Positions 17,824-27,680 of a stretch of DNA of 64,000 nucleotides are shown here, one piece after another. The notes beneath the pieces were generated by a model. The model saw only the letters and a list, made by a program, of their open reading frames with translations, searched no databases and had not been told where the DNA came from. Position numbers and translations under genes: made by a program. Origin of the DNA: Candidatus Latescibacterota bacterium. GTDB lineage: Bacteria; Latescibacterota; UBA2968. Numbering within the stretch: position 1 is the stretch's first letter; each line of letters begins with the position of its first letter. The stretch is taken from positions 1,056,001-1,120,000 of the forward strand of contig OZ242320.1 in NCBI GenBank assembly GCA_965208125.1, in the 5' to 3' direction.

Positions 17824-20694
17824 TCAGTCACCCAGCACAAACTGCGCCTGCTTGCTCACGCTGGGCGTATCCGATTTGTTCAAATCCGTCACCACCACCT
17901 CAATCTCCAATAGCTCTTTGCTATTCTCGGGCACATCCAGCGCAATATAAAGCGGCTCCGATGTCGCAGTACCCGTATGCTCATAAGAAATCTGCACCCC
18001 ATCAGCCTGTGGCGTTTGGCCCAACAACCGTCCCAATCCCCGAATCAGCCCCGTACCCTGTACCCCCTTAAGCCTGTACTCCACGCGGTAACTCGTTTGC
18101 CCAAACGCATCCCTGCTCAAATTATAAACCTCGTAATAGAGATAAACCGGTTGCGCCTTCGCAAAAGTCTTAGACGGCAGGGGTACCACCCGCAAATCCC
18201 CCTTTTGGAACTTCCCTGCCTGCTCTCCCACCTCGACAATCTGCCCCGCCAGTTCCAGATCACTCAGCGCCAGAGCCTCACCGCGGAAAGATTGAACTGT
18301 GACATACGTCTTATGCGCCTGAATTTTTCGACTTATGGGATCGCGCACTTGAGCGGCCAGGAAATACTGCCCAGGAGACAGTGCAGCGCGCACCTGATCC
18401 ACCATCAGCGTCCCCTTCCCCGCCTCCCTACTTATAGCTTCAGCCACCCGCACGCTATCCCGAAAAACCGGCCTCAGCGAACGATCGTAAACCACCACGT
18501 CTCGATCCAGCATCACCTGTGAATTTCCCGACGGCGTCAAAGCGGCCATTGGCACACCCATATACGTCTCCATAGCTGTCTCGCGCTCAGATTCGCGGAA
18601 ATTTGCCGTGTACATATAAAGGTCCAGAGGATCGCCTCCGTAATCGTGTACATAAACCGAAGGCGTATGGGACACAACCCGCGCCACAACCGTCTCGGGC
18701 GCCATTCGCGACCACAGCGCGTGATTGGGAGAATTGGGCGGAATAGGCGCAAAATCGAAAAACCCGCTACCCGTCGGATCCAGAAACGTAATCTCGATCC
18801 CCCCGCCGATCTCGGCATAAATCCACGACTCCCACTTGTACCCCAGTTCAGACCCATCGAGCATCACACTGCGCCTGCGCGGCACCGGAAAAGTCGGCAT
18901 CCCCCGCAACTCAGCCGTCTCAGCTTCCACCCCATATCCATACGACGAACTCGACTGCCCGTGTACATGCTTGCTCGGCGCAACTTCCTCCAGGGCATTT
19001 GCAGCCATCATATTCAGGCGATTCTTCACCTTTGCGACTTTTTCATTCGTCTCAAACACCAGATAATCCGACCAACTCTGATGATCTGGATGCCCCAGCC
19101 GAATGTACACATCGCCCCGACGGTCCCATCCCCGGCCGTGCCACTCTTCCAGGCCCTCGATAAAATTCGAGCGCGCAAAATGCACCCGACGGTAATGCTC
19201 AACGCGGCGCTCATTCACCTGTGTCGTCGGCGTGGGATCCTGCTCCAGCCAGAAAACTTCTCGAAGCTGTGTTAGCGACCGCCCAAAAGCCGTCTGCATT
19301 TTGGAAAGCACCTCGGCAGGAGCCACCAGCGACAAATCCTGATAGTATTCCCGCTCTGTCGGATCCAAAAACTGAAAATAACGCTCAAAAGCCGCCTGTG
19401 CCTGGGCAAAATCCTCCCGCTCAATATACATCTCGGCCAAAAGCGGCAAATACTCTTTCGGCTTTGTCTGTGCCATCTCTTTCAACTCATCCAGACTATA
19501 GGTCTCCTCCCCCACACTCTTCAACCGCATCGCCACATACGCCAGACGCGCAGGCGTAACAGGATGACCGGGATTCACCGCCATCTGCCGCGAATACGCT
19601 TTCATCGCCTTGTCGTAATAGCGCAGCGACTCGTAAAAAACACCCAGCTTGAAATACGCGTCATAGTGGTCCGGAAAAAGCTCTACCACATTCCCAAAAT
19701 AATAATCCAGATCCACCCGATCCATCCCCAGCATCGCCAGATGGCACATCCCCAGATTGTAGTGCGCCGCCGTATATGCTTTGTCCATCGCGCAGGTCTC
19801 GCGGAACAACCTCAGTGCCCGCGACTTCTGGCCCGGCATCTTCAGCGCCGCCAGCGCCCGGCCGTTGCGCGCCTCCACAAATCTTCTCTTTTTTTGAATC
19901 GCCTTTAAGAACAGTTTTTCAGCCTCTTTTACATCGTCTTGTTCCAGGCGAAGATAGCCCAGCGCACACATCACCACCGCATCATTGGGGTGCAAAATCA
20001 GCATCCGGTCGCAAATACGGGCAGCCTCCTTCACCAGCTTCTCATCCGGAGCCTGCGCCCGCGTAATATACTTCTTCGGAATCAGGTCTCCCCGCTCGAA
20101 ATACGCATCTGACACCGTCACATAGCGACGTCCAAAGTGGTAATCGTAATAATACTTCAGCACCAGCGGATTGCGCGCCTGCCAGAACCGCGCCAAAAAC
20201 AGTCCCTTGTTCTTCCGATCCAATGCCTTGTAAAAAGCCGCCGTATCCGCGTCGGCCACCTCCGCCAAAACCAAACCCGCCACCTGCTCTTCAAACTCGC
20301 CAAAACTCGCCTGCAATTCTACCTCGGCAACCTGTTCCTCGGTCTCCCCTGCATTGTCCTCTCGCTCTAAAATTTTGATGTGTACCCGCTCTACCCGAAG
20401 CTCGCCGATCAAAGTCTTAAGCACCACATCTGACTCTGATTCCGACACAATCTCACCCTTCAAAACCGTGCCATCCACGAGCAACACAGTAACATTGCGC
20501 GAAGGCTGCTCTATCATTTTAATCAGCGACTTTTTTACCCGCAGTTCGCCCATCGCCGTCTTGAGCACCACCTCCGTCTCAGACTCAGACACAATCTCGC
20601 CCTTCAAAACCGTACCATCCTGGAGCAACACCGTTGCGCCATAAGCGGGCGTAACCGCCAGAAAGAGGCAAAGCGCGATTAGAAAAGTCTTCAT
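17824..20694 (-). CDS. Secreted GWxTD-like domain protein with TPRs and a duplicated N-terminal beta module
   Basis: Signal peptide, two 42-aa repeats, TPRs, FWLEQDPTPTT.NERRVEHYRRV.FA and GWDRRGDVYIRLG.PD, C-terminal Ig-like region. Confidence 0.8.
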   Translation of the reverse strand: MKTFLIALCLFLAVTPAYGATVLLQDGTVLKGEIVSESETEVVLKTAMGELRVKKSLIKMIEQPSRNVTVLLVDGTVLKGEIVSESESDVVLKTLIGELRVERVHIKILEREDNAGETEEQVAEVELQASFGEFEEQVAGLVLAEVADADTAAFYKALDRKNKGLFLARFWQARNPLVLKYYYDYHFGRRYVTVSDAYFERGDLIPKKYITRAQAPDEKLVKEAARICDRMLILHPNDAVVMCALGYLRLEQDDVKEAEKLFLKAIQKKRRFVEARNGRALAALKMPGQKSRALRLFRETCAMDKAYTAAHYNLGMCHLAMLGMDRVDLDYYFGNVVELFPDHYDAYFKLGVFYESLRYYDKAMKAYSRQMAVNPGHPVTPARLAYVAMRLKSVGEETYSLDELKEMAQTKPKEYLPLLAEMYIEREDFAQAQAAFERYFQFLDPTEREYYQDLSLVAPAEVLSKMQTAFGRSLTQLREVFWLEQDPTPTTQVNERRVEHYRRVHFARSNFIEGLEEWHGRGWDRRGDVYIRLGHPDHQSWSDYLVFETNEKVAKVKNRLNMMAANALEEVAPSKHVHGQSSSSYGYGVEAETAELRGMPTFPVPRRRSVMLDGSELGYKWESWIYAEIGGGIEITFLDPTGSGFFDFAPIPPNSPNHALWSRMAPETVVARVVSHTPSVYVHDYGGDPLDLYMYTANFRESERETAMETYMGVPMAALTPSGNSQVMLDRDVVVYDRSLRPVFRDSVRVAEAISREAGKGTLMVDQVRAALSPGQYFLAAQVRDPISRKIQAHKTYVTVQSFRGEALALSDLELAGQIVEVGEQAGKFQKGDLRVVPLPSKTFAKAQPVYLYYEVYNLSRDAFGQTSYRVEYRLKGVQGTGLIRGLGRLLGQTPQADGVQISYEHTGTATSEPLYIALDVPENSKELLEIEVVVTDLNKSDTPSVSKQAQFVLGD

Positions 20695-20739
20695 ATTACA
20701 TCCCTATCCTGAAGAACCCCGGAAAAAGCAAGGGCAGAT

Positions 20740-20768
20740 ACAATACCCCTTCCCCGCATACCTGTCAA
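20740..20768 (-). promoter_or_regulatory. Sigma70-type promoter for the GWxTD gene
   Basis: TTGACA (20768-20763), 17 bp, TATTGT (20745-20740). Confidence 0.65.
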
Positions 20769-20774
20769 GCCATG

Positions 20775-20814
20775 AAAAAACGGCGGAAGGATATCAGATC
20801 CTTCCACCGTTTTT
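20775..20814 (-). terminator. Intrinsic terminator after the PorV-like gene
   Basis: AAAAAACGGCGGAAGGAT-loop-ATCCTTCCACCGTTTTT hairpin with A/T runs on both sides. Confidence 0.8.
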
Positions 20815-20838
20815 ATTGCGTCTTCTTCAAGTCAGAGG

Positions 20839-21921
20839 CTAAAAATCAACAGCCCCTGAAATCACATGCACAGAAGAAAAGAAATCGCTGTCAAATGCCT
20901 TAAAGGCATAATCGAGCTTAACACCCCTGCCAGTTTCCGTCAAATACTTCAGACCACCGCCAAAGGCATAGCTCTCTGTATCGTGATTGGTCTTATACCC
21001 CGCACGACCAGAAAAGCCAACTGGACTACCGGCAGCCTGGAATGTGTATTCGATTCCCACCAGAACCTGCTCGTCAAAATCCACGGGATTCGTCACATCA
21101 AAAGCCAGATTCAGATGATGGGGAACCGGAATGCTACCCGACAATGACAATACATCCACCAGCAGTCCCAGACGAATATTGCGCGGCAATTCAAATGCCT
21201 CGCGCTGATAGGTCTGTTCAAAGCTGTAGTTTTGCACCGTCATCGCCAGAATCGTATTGCGGAAACCCGTATTAAAATACGTACCCAGATCCACGGCAAA
21301 GGCTGTCTTTGAGTTATCGACAGTCGTGCGGTTGCCACCGATCAACACACTCCCAGTACCCAAATTCTGACTGGCAATTTTCACATTGGCACCCACCGAA
21401 AAGCGATCGGTGATCTTCATACCATAAGCCGCAGAAAGCGCGTAATTCGACGTCGTAAACGTTCCCGTCTCTGTAAAACCCGCACCTGCAGGATTTGGAT
21501 CAATAGCTGTGCCATTGAAATCACCGGCATCATAAGTCACAAACCCCACACCAAAGGTCCCGCGGCCTGGGATATTGAGAGCCGCACCAGCGACCTGGCT
21601 TTTGGTATCAGCAATCCATGAAACATAAGTGAAAAATGCTTCACGGCCATCGAAAAATGCCAGCGTTGCGGGATTGGTAAACACACCGGCTGATGAGCCG
21701 ATCATGCCTGTACCTGAACCTGCAAGGGCTGCAGAACGCGCATTGGTCGGCAGCTTCAAAAATGTAAAGCCAGCCTGAGCAACTTTGATAAATATGGGAT
21801 TGTTTTCTTCGTGATTCTCTGGCAAAATTTTATCTGGCACACGCAGCTGCGCTTGTGTTGTTGTAGCCAGAAGCCCGAAAGACAACGCGAGCATCATGAG
21901 GGCCAGTTTTGTGTATTTCAC
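20839..21921 (-). CDS. PorV/PorQ-family outer-membrane beta-barrel protein
   Basis: Signal peptide, FLKLPTNARSAALAG...F.NPA.L hallmark, amphipathic strands, C-terminal Phe. Confidence 0.8.
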   Translation of the reverse strand: MKYTKLALMMLALSFGLLATTTQAQLRVPDKILPENHEENNPIFIKVAQAGFTFLKLPTNARSAALAGSGTGMIGSSAGVFTNPATLAFFDGREAFFTYVSWIADTKSQVAGAALNIPGRGTFGVGFVTYDAGDFNGTAIDPNPAGAGFTETGTFTTSNYALSAAYGMKITDRFSVGANVKIASQNLGTGSVLIGGNRTTVDNSKTAFAVDLGTYFNTGFRNTILAMTVQNYSFEQTYQREAFELPRNIRLGLLVDVLSLSGSIPVPHHLNLAFDVTNPVDFDEQVLVGIEYTFQAAGSPVGFSGRAGYKTNHDTESYAFGGGLKYLTETGRGVKLDYAFKAFDSDFFSSVHVISGAVDF

Positions 21922-21979
21922 AACTTATCTCCTTGATCAAAAGCAAGTCAACTATAACTGCTGACTGCTAAAAGCTCTC

Positions 21980-24100
21980 TTACCTGACCACGACAAAGCG
22001 TTCGATGTGCTTGGCACCAGTTGCCGTATCTTCGATGTGAGCAAAGTAAATCCCGCTCACCAGGAACTGGTTATTATCCGAAGTCATCAGATCCCACGAC
22101 TCATCGCCAGAGCCAGAAGTGTGGTCAATGCGCGTCACGAGATCACCGGTAATGGTGAAAATGTGGATAACCGCCTGCCCCGGCAGATTCACAAACTGCA
22201 ACTTATTGGGCTGGCCCTGATAGTTAAAACCCCCATCATCGAGTTGTCCACCCTGCACTTGATAGGGATTGGGCACAATGCGAACCTGCGTAATATCACT
22301 GGCAGGACCGCGGAAGGGACTCACACCATCTGCTTCGGTGCGCGTGGCAAACCGGCTGCTCTCCAGACCATTGGCATCAACGGCCGTCACGGAATAATAA
22401 TACCTCGTACCGCGAAGAGCCGTCTCATCGTTAAACGTAGTACCTGTTGGCGATCCGATCAGTTCGGGCACTTCTGTGTGACGACCCGCGTAGCGATACA
22501 CATTATAATGGGCCGCGCCAGAAACAGCATCCCAACTCAACTCGTTGAGATCGGGACCAGAGGTTGCTGTAACCTGTGCAGGCCAATTGGGTGCAGCGGG
22601 CAATCGGGGCATCGTACCCGTGCGATTTGCCCATGCCTCGCGTGCAACAGCCACAGTCGCCTTCAGCGAATCCAGACCACTGTCGAGAAAAGCTTCTTTT
22701 TCCATAAAACCAATCGTGCCATCTGCCCAGGCCTTGCCCACGCGCTTGTTTTCCGCTTCAGATGGACCGGCGACAATCACTGCCGACACAATGTGAATGC
22801 TCTGACCCTGCTTTAAGTCCCAGGGACCAAAGGTCGTGACCCACTGATAGATCTGCTCTGTGGTAACATACCCCGGTCGGTCGGGATCGGAAATCGCAAT
22901 GCGGTCGTCGCGGCGGACCGCGTTCGGCTGCACATAAAAATCATACACGGTCTTGCGGTCTGCTGTGCGCGTACTCGTCCACACTTCACCCGGCACCCAG
23001 CGCACATGGCGCGGCTGTGCATTTTCGGGATCGGAATTGTCGGCCAGCCAGTTCTCGCTCAACACATTGGGATCATTGGTAGGCGTCTTATCCACATGCA
23101 AAAACACGCGGCCTTTGTAGTGCGATTCCATAAACTCGCCCGAACTGATATTGGCATCGCGCACCCCATCGAGCAAGTCGCCAGTACCGGGAGCGGGTTC
23201 GCCGCGGTCATCGCCATCGGGGCGATACCCCAGCTTATCGCTGTCATCGCCATCGTGGATATAGAGCAACTTTTCATCATCATCCCAGTAATTCACCTCA
23301 TCCCATATACCGCCAGCGAGCAAGCCAGCATCGTAAGCGCGGCCCCCATCTTCGGGATTAATCGTGATATGCGCGCCACCTGCAGGACCTGAACCACCGC
23401 GCTGCAAATAGTAGTTCAACCCAACGTGGAAATTGTCATAAGACGGATTCTTCTGCGCCGTTTCCGGACTTGCAGCAATGCCGCGTTCGCCCGCGCGCAG
23501 ATCAACCACATGCGGATTTTCCGGATATGTAATCGTGGTGACTTCAAAGATCATATCATCGGCATTCTGGTTGGCCCAGGAATACGTCTCACGCACAATG
23601 CGCAAGCCCTCGGAGTTTACAATTGTGCTACTGATCATAAAATCAGCACCTAAATCCGACCGCACGGCATCGTCGTCTTCGGGGAACAAACGCCAATTCG
23701 TACGCAATATCTCTTTGCCATCCTGAGTCAACGTTGGCGGATTGATGCGGAAAAACTTCGGATTGGGCCTGTTCAGTCGCGTCTGTGTGCCCCCTAACCT
23801 CGAAGACGAAAAATCGGCGAGGTCATCGAGCAGGTCATTGCACCAGGGGCTTTGAGTGGTATTCACCAGATGTTGCCCGCCCTCGTAATAGCTGGGCACA
23901 TTAAACGTCGAATACAGCCCCACGACCGCAAAACCCGAATTCCCAATGCGATACCCGATATCCGGATCGGTATCACCTGTTTCGAGACCGCCGGGCCAAA
24001 CCAGACGGCCCGAACTCCACAGGGTTCCAATCTCGTGACTCTGTGCATAAGCACTACCAGCCATCAGTATCGCTATCAGCACAAATACAAAACGTTTCAT
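21980..24100 (-). CDS. Secreted protein with FnIII-like domain and T9SS type-A-like C-terminal sorting domain
   Basis: Signal peptide from ATG 24100 (AGGAG RBS), LSW..V.GA..YNVYR...YYYSVTAVD, then VPNPY...IFTITGDLV...SGIYF...FVVVR. Confidence 0.75.
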   Translation of the reverse strand: MKRFVFVLIAILMAGSAYAQSHEIGTLWSSGRLVWPGGLETGDTDPDIGYRIGNSGFAVVGLYSTFNVPSYYEGGQHLVNTTQSPWCNDLLDDLADFSSSRLGGTQTRLNRPNPKFFRINPPTLTQDGKEILRTNWRLFPEDDDAVRSDLGADFMISSTIVNSEGLRIVRETYSWANQNADDMIFEVTTITYPENPHVVDLRAGERGIAASPETAQKNPSYDNFHVGLNYYLQRGGSGPAGGAHITINPEDGGRAYDAGLLAGGIWDEVNYWDDDEKLLYIHDGDDSDKLGYRPDGDDRGEPAPGTGDLLDGVRDANISSGEFMESHYKGRVFLHVDKTPTNDPNVLSENWLADNSDPENAQPRHVRWVPGEVWTSTRTADRKTVYDFYVQPNAVRRDDRIAISDPDRPGYVTTEQIYQWVTTFGPWDLKQGQSIHIVSAVIVAGPSEAENKRVGKAWADGTIGFMEKEAFLDSGLDSLKATVAVAREAWANRTGTMPRLPAAPNWPAQVTATSGPDLNELSWDAVSGAAHYNVYRYAGRHTEVPELIGSPTGTTFNDETALRGTRYYYSVTAVDANGLESSRFATRTEADGVSPFRGPASDITQVRIVPNPYQVQGGQLDDGGFNYQGQPNKLQFVNLPGQAVIHIFTITGDLVTRIDHTSGSGDESWDLMTSDNNQFLVSGIYFAHIEDTATGAKHIERFVVVR

Positions 24101-24177
24101 AAGTTTATACTCCTGTAAAAACGATTCAAAATTTCCCGCCCTCCCCACTTACAGGAAAGGGCGAGAATGGACACACA

Positions 24178-27100
24178 TTAGAACGAGAATCGCAAACCAA
24201 ATGTGATGTCTCGACGGTCCAGATAGACGATATAAGGACGGCGCGTTTCCTGGAAATTGTCCAGATCGACATCGGAACCCGGACGGCTACCTTCCTGAAG
24301 TTTGCCGCTGGCATCAACAGTCCACCCGATCCGTTTCATATACGCGTCGGCTTTGGCATCGTCATTTGTGCCTGGATAGTCCCAGACCTCGCCATCGTAG
24401 TCGCGCAGATTGTTGAAGTTCTTGAAATTGAAGATATTGTGAATTTCCAAATACAACAGCGGCGCGCCCCTGGTATCAAAGGCTTTTGAAATCCGCAGAT
24501 CTGCCATGTTGCTGTCTTGCCACTGCACATTCAACACATTCTGCAACGCAGAGTCATTGGTCGGATTGTGATTCATCCACCAACCGCCTTGTCTGCGGAA
24601 GAACAGATTGGCTTCCCAACCGCCCTTCAACATGCGCTGTTCGGCCCCGTAATCCAGCGGCGTTCGGAAGTTCAAACCCAACTTCCAGATTGGACGCGGC
24701 TTAAATTGTGGATTGGCGGCATTGGCACTACCTTCGATAATCAGGCGAGAAGGCGTCGATACCGTATTCTGGTCATAAACTCGATCCCACCCAATCCGCC
24801 TGCTGCGTTCCTGGCGGTAGTCATAGGAAATGAAACCCGTAAAGAACTGGCCGCGCGATTTCTTAAAAGCAAGCTCATAACCGCGCACATCCTTGATCCG
24901 TCCCTGCGTTGTCCACCGCGTGCGCCTACCAGTACTGTTTTCGGGATAATAACTCGTGCTGGGTTCGAGTTCTTTGTCGATATCCTTAAAATACACCGTG
25001 CCCGAAGCCAGATATACACCTTCAAAACTCTTCTCAAAACCAAGCTCATAAGCGATGGTCTGAGGCATTTCTACCCAGGGATTCCCAAAGTTCTCCAAAG
25101 GCTCACCCGCACCGGACTGCGCGCGGTAGAGTTCCACTGTCGTCGGCACTTGATAGAAGTGACCGTAGTTGAAATAGAGCTTGGAAGTCGCCGTCGTCGG
25201 ATGAGACACGCCAAACCGCGGACTCCATTCCCACTTGGTCGGCGCGCGAACCTTGCGCCGATTCTCATACAACAATTCAGCGTTCGATCCCAGGTATTCT
25301 GCATGCGGCTGTCCCACGAGATCAAACCACTTGTCTGGACGGTGAAAATCCAGCCTCAGCCCCGCATTGACCACGATCTGGCGATACTCCATACGATCTT
25401 GCACAAAGAAACCACCATACCACGGCGTCTTCACCCAATAATTGTGCAAGTTGGCTGTTTGCGTCGCCACGATATCTGCAGGATTGTCGCTTTCCCAACC
25501 TTCGGGGCGATCTGGCAGCGTGGAGGTATAACCGCGATATTCACGCAGGAAGAATGTATGCGCCTGAATACCGGCTTTGACCTGGTGATGCGGCGTCATC
25601 TGACTGGTAATATCAAAAGTTATATCCGTCTCTTTAATATAGGACCAGTCCGCTGAACGGCTGGCACCACCACCACCGCGCAAACGGTAAATACCCAGAA
25701 TATCAACGCGGCGGTTGGCATAGTTCCAACCCACAGGCGCTTCATCCAGAATCACAGCACCGGCTGCTTGCGCGGATGAAACACCGGATTCGGTAATCTC
25801 TTCAACCCGACCATCGGGATAAACCGCTGCCGCGGGAATACCTACTGCTTGAGGTTTCTGCCATGTGGCTTCCCAATCCGTTCTGCCATAACGCGCAGTG
25901 AGATTGTAAAACGTCTTGGGCGACAATGTATGCGACCAGTTCAGGGTATAATAATTGCGGTCAATAGTCTCTTGATTGGCTTGAGATCCCGGCGCAAACA
26001 TCTGAACATCGTCAAAACGGCGCGAGGCTTCCACTTGCGATCTGACAAAAGTTCCCGTAAAGTCGCCAGTTTTCGTGCCATCTGCCCAACCGCGCAAATA
26101 ACCCAGCGATAGTTTTGTCGTAGCCGTTGGTGTAAACGTCAATTTGGCCTGCGCCAGGTTGTCGCGATACGATGTTTTGGACAAATCGTACGTATATGCC
26201 GTACGCTCGCGCTGATTGGTCAACATCACCGACAATTTATCCTTGATCACCGGCGTGCCAACCGTCACATCGTAGAGATAATCGGATTCGCGATCGGCAG
26301 CATTGGCATTAAAGCCATTATTTCCTTCCAATTCAAAATTGCGATGCTGCCATGCCCATATCCCTTTGGCCTGAGCGACTGTTGTTATCGGAAGATCGAA
26401 AATCCCCGCAGTCCATTCGCCTGCCGGACCGCCGCGATCACTGAACTCCTGCGTCCAGCCCTTAAAATCAGGTACGCCATCGCCATTGCGATCTGCTGTG
26501 GGACCATCGCTCTCAAAGCGACCGATATCCCACCAGTTGTCCGAGCTATATACGTCGGGACCAAAGTGCTTGCGACCAGCGGGATTATAACGCGCATCGG
26601 CACTGATCGTAAACTGACGAGGCTCGCGGGTCACAATATTGACAACGCCACTGCGCGCATCGCCATACTCGGCACTAAAGCCACCCGTCAAAATCTGAAC
26701 TTCTGCCAGATTTGTTTTGCTAAAAGAAGAATACGGACGGTTATTGCGGTTGTCTTTCATACCCACACCGTCCATTGTGTACAACATCTCTTCTTCGCTG
26801 GCACCGCGAATGGTCAAACCCCAGTCATCGCTATCCACACCTACCTGTGTGGCAAACGCATCGCGCAGACGAGGACCCGTCGGTGCTTCGCGGACTTCAC
26901 TTGCCTTCATAATCGTCTGAGCATAAGAAACTTCCAATTCAACTGGCGGACGCTCAGCCACCACCGTAATCTCACTTAATTCAACGGTCGATTCTGTCAG
27001 GGAAAAATTCACTGGTGAAGTGCGGTCAATACTCACCACCACATCCGTCTTACTCACCGTGTGATATCCCACAAGCGATGCCTGAACTTCGTACACACCA

Positions 27101-27321
27101 GGCAAAACCTGAATAATGAAGTAATCGCCATTGACATCTGCTGTGGCTCCCATTCTGGTGCCTACAAGAACTACGTTAGCACCTGGCAGGGGTTCACCCG
27201 CAGCATCTGTAATGCGGCCCGAAACTTTACCCGTGGTGGTCTGTGCATCGGCCTGATACGCCAGCCCAAACCCCAGAGCAATAGCAAGCAAGGCTATAAA
27301 CCCAGCTCTCAAACGGTACAT
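24178..27321 (-). CDS. TonB-dependent receptor with N-terminal carboxypeptidase-regulatory-like domain
   Basis: GKVSGRITD...PLPGANV, plug IRG...DG...GGFSAEYG.A.SGVVNIVT, FVQDRMEY, SPRFGVSHP, C-terminal GLRFSF. Confidence 0.9.
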   Translation of the reverse strand: MYRLRAGFIALLAIALGFGLAYQADAQTTTGKVSGRITDAAGEPLPGANVVLVGTRMGATADVNGDYFIIQVLPGVYEVQASLVGYHTVSKTDVVVSIDRTSPVNFSLTESTVELSEITVVAERPPVELEVSYAQTIMKASEVREAPTGPRLRDAFATQVGVDSDDWGLTIRGASEEEMLYTMDGVGMKDNRNNRPYSSFSKTNLAEVQILTGGFSAEYGDARSGVVNIVTREPRQFTISADARYNPAGRKHFGPDVYSSDNWWDIGRFESDGPTADRNGDGVPDFKGWTQEFSDRGGPAGEWTAGIFDLPITTVAQAKGIWAWQHRNFELEGNNGFNANAADRESDYLYDVTVGTPVIKDKLSVMLTNQRERTAYTYDLSKTSYRDNLAQAKLTFTPTATTKLSLGYLRGWADGTKTGDFTGTFVRSQVEASRRFDDVQMFAPGSQANQETIDRNYYTLNWSHTLSPKTFYNLTARYGRTDWEATWQKPQAVGIPAAAVYPDGRVEEITESGVSSAQAAGAVILDEAPVGWNYANRRVDILGIYRLRGGGGASRSADWSYIKETDITFDITSQMTPHHQVKAGIQAHTFFLREYRGYTSTLPDRPEGWESDNPADIVATQTANLHNYWVKTPWYGGFFVQDRMEYRQIVVNAGLRLDFHRPDKWFDLVGQPHAEYLGSNAELLYENRRKVRAPTKWEWSPRFGVSHPTTATSKLYFNYGHFYQVPTTVELYRAQSGAGEPLENFGNPWVEMPQTIAYELGFEKSFEGVYLASGTVYFKDIDKELEPSTSYYPENSTGRRTRWTTQGRIKDVRGYELAFKKSRGQFFTGFISYDYRQERSRRIGWDRVYDQNTVSTPSRLIIEGSANAANPQFKPRPIWKLGLNFRTPLDYGAEQRMLKGGWEANLFFRRQGGWWMNHNPTNDSALQNVLNVQWQDSNMADLRISKAFDTRGAPLLYLEIHNIFNFKNFNNLRDYDGEVWDYPGTNDDAKADAYMKRIGWTVDASGKLQEGSRPGSDVDLDNFQETRRPYIVYLDRRDITFGLRFSF

Positions 27322-27586
27322 AAACTCCTCCTTTGGTTTCTTTCCCCGGCTTTGGGAAAGATATAGGGAAAAGCCACCCGGCTCATCCCGCGAAACTTCT
27401 CCTGTGAAAGAGAAAACTACACACTACAACTACAAAATATTATCTGATCAGCCCTTACATCACCTCCTTATTAAACCCCTCCCTGTGATTGCAAAAACGG
27501 GCTTGAATACCCCACCTCCTTTCAATCGTATGATGTTAATTCTCATTATAAACTTCTAAATAATTTTCGATAATTCAACAACTGCC

Positions 27587-27615
27587 AATTTAATATGTGT
27601 CTCAAACTCTGTCAA
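27587..27615 (-). promoter_or_regulatory. Sigma70-type promoter of the first TBDR operon (implies a leader of about 260 nt)
   Basis: TTGACA (27615-27610), 17 bp, TAAATT (27592-27587). Confidence 0.55.
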
Positions 27616-27680
27616 GTGCTATCAACCCAAATTATGCGACATATGGACTGGAATTCATAACACATTGTTTTTTCTATATT

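Noticed and set aside
24517-25656. 379-aa plus-strand ORF
   Set aside because: Antisense shadow of the TonB-dependent receptor.
27459-27470. ATCACCTCCTTA, identical to the 16S rRNA 3' tail, as a possible rRNA remnant
   Set aside because: No other 16S sequence nearby. Better read as an SD-like motif on the minus strand.
27322-27680. Known riboswitch (for example cobalamin or TPP) in the TBDR leader
   Set aside because: I could not find the conserved aptamer motifs by eye. An Infernal/Rfam scan would settle it.
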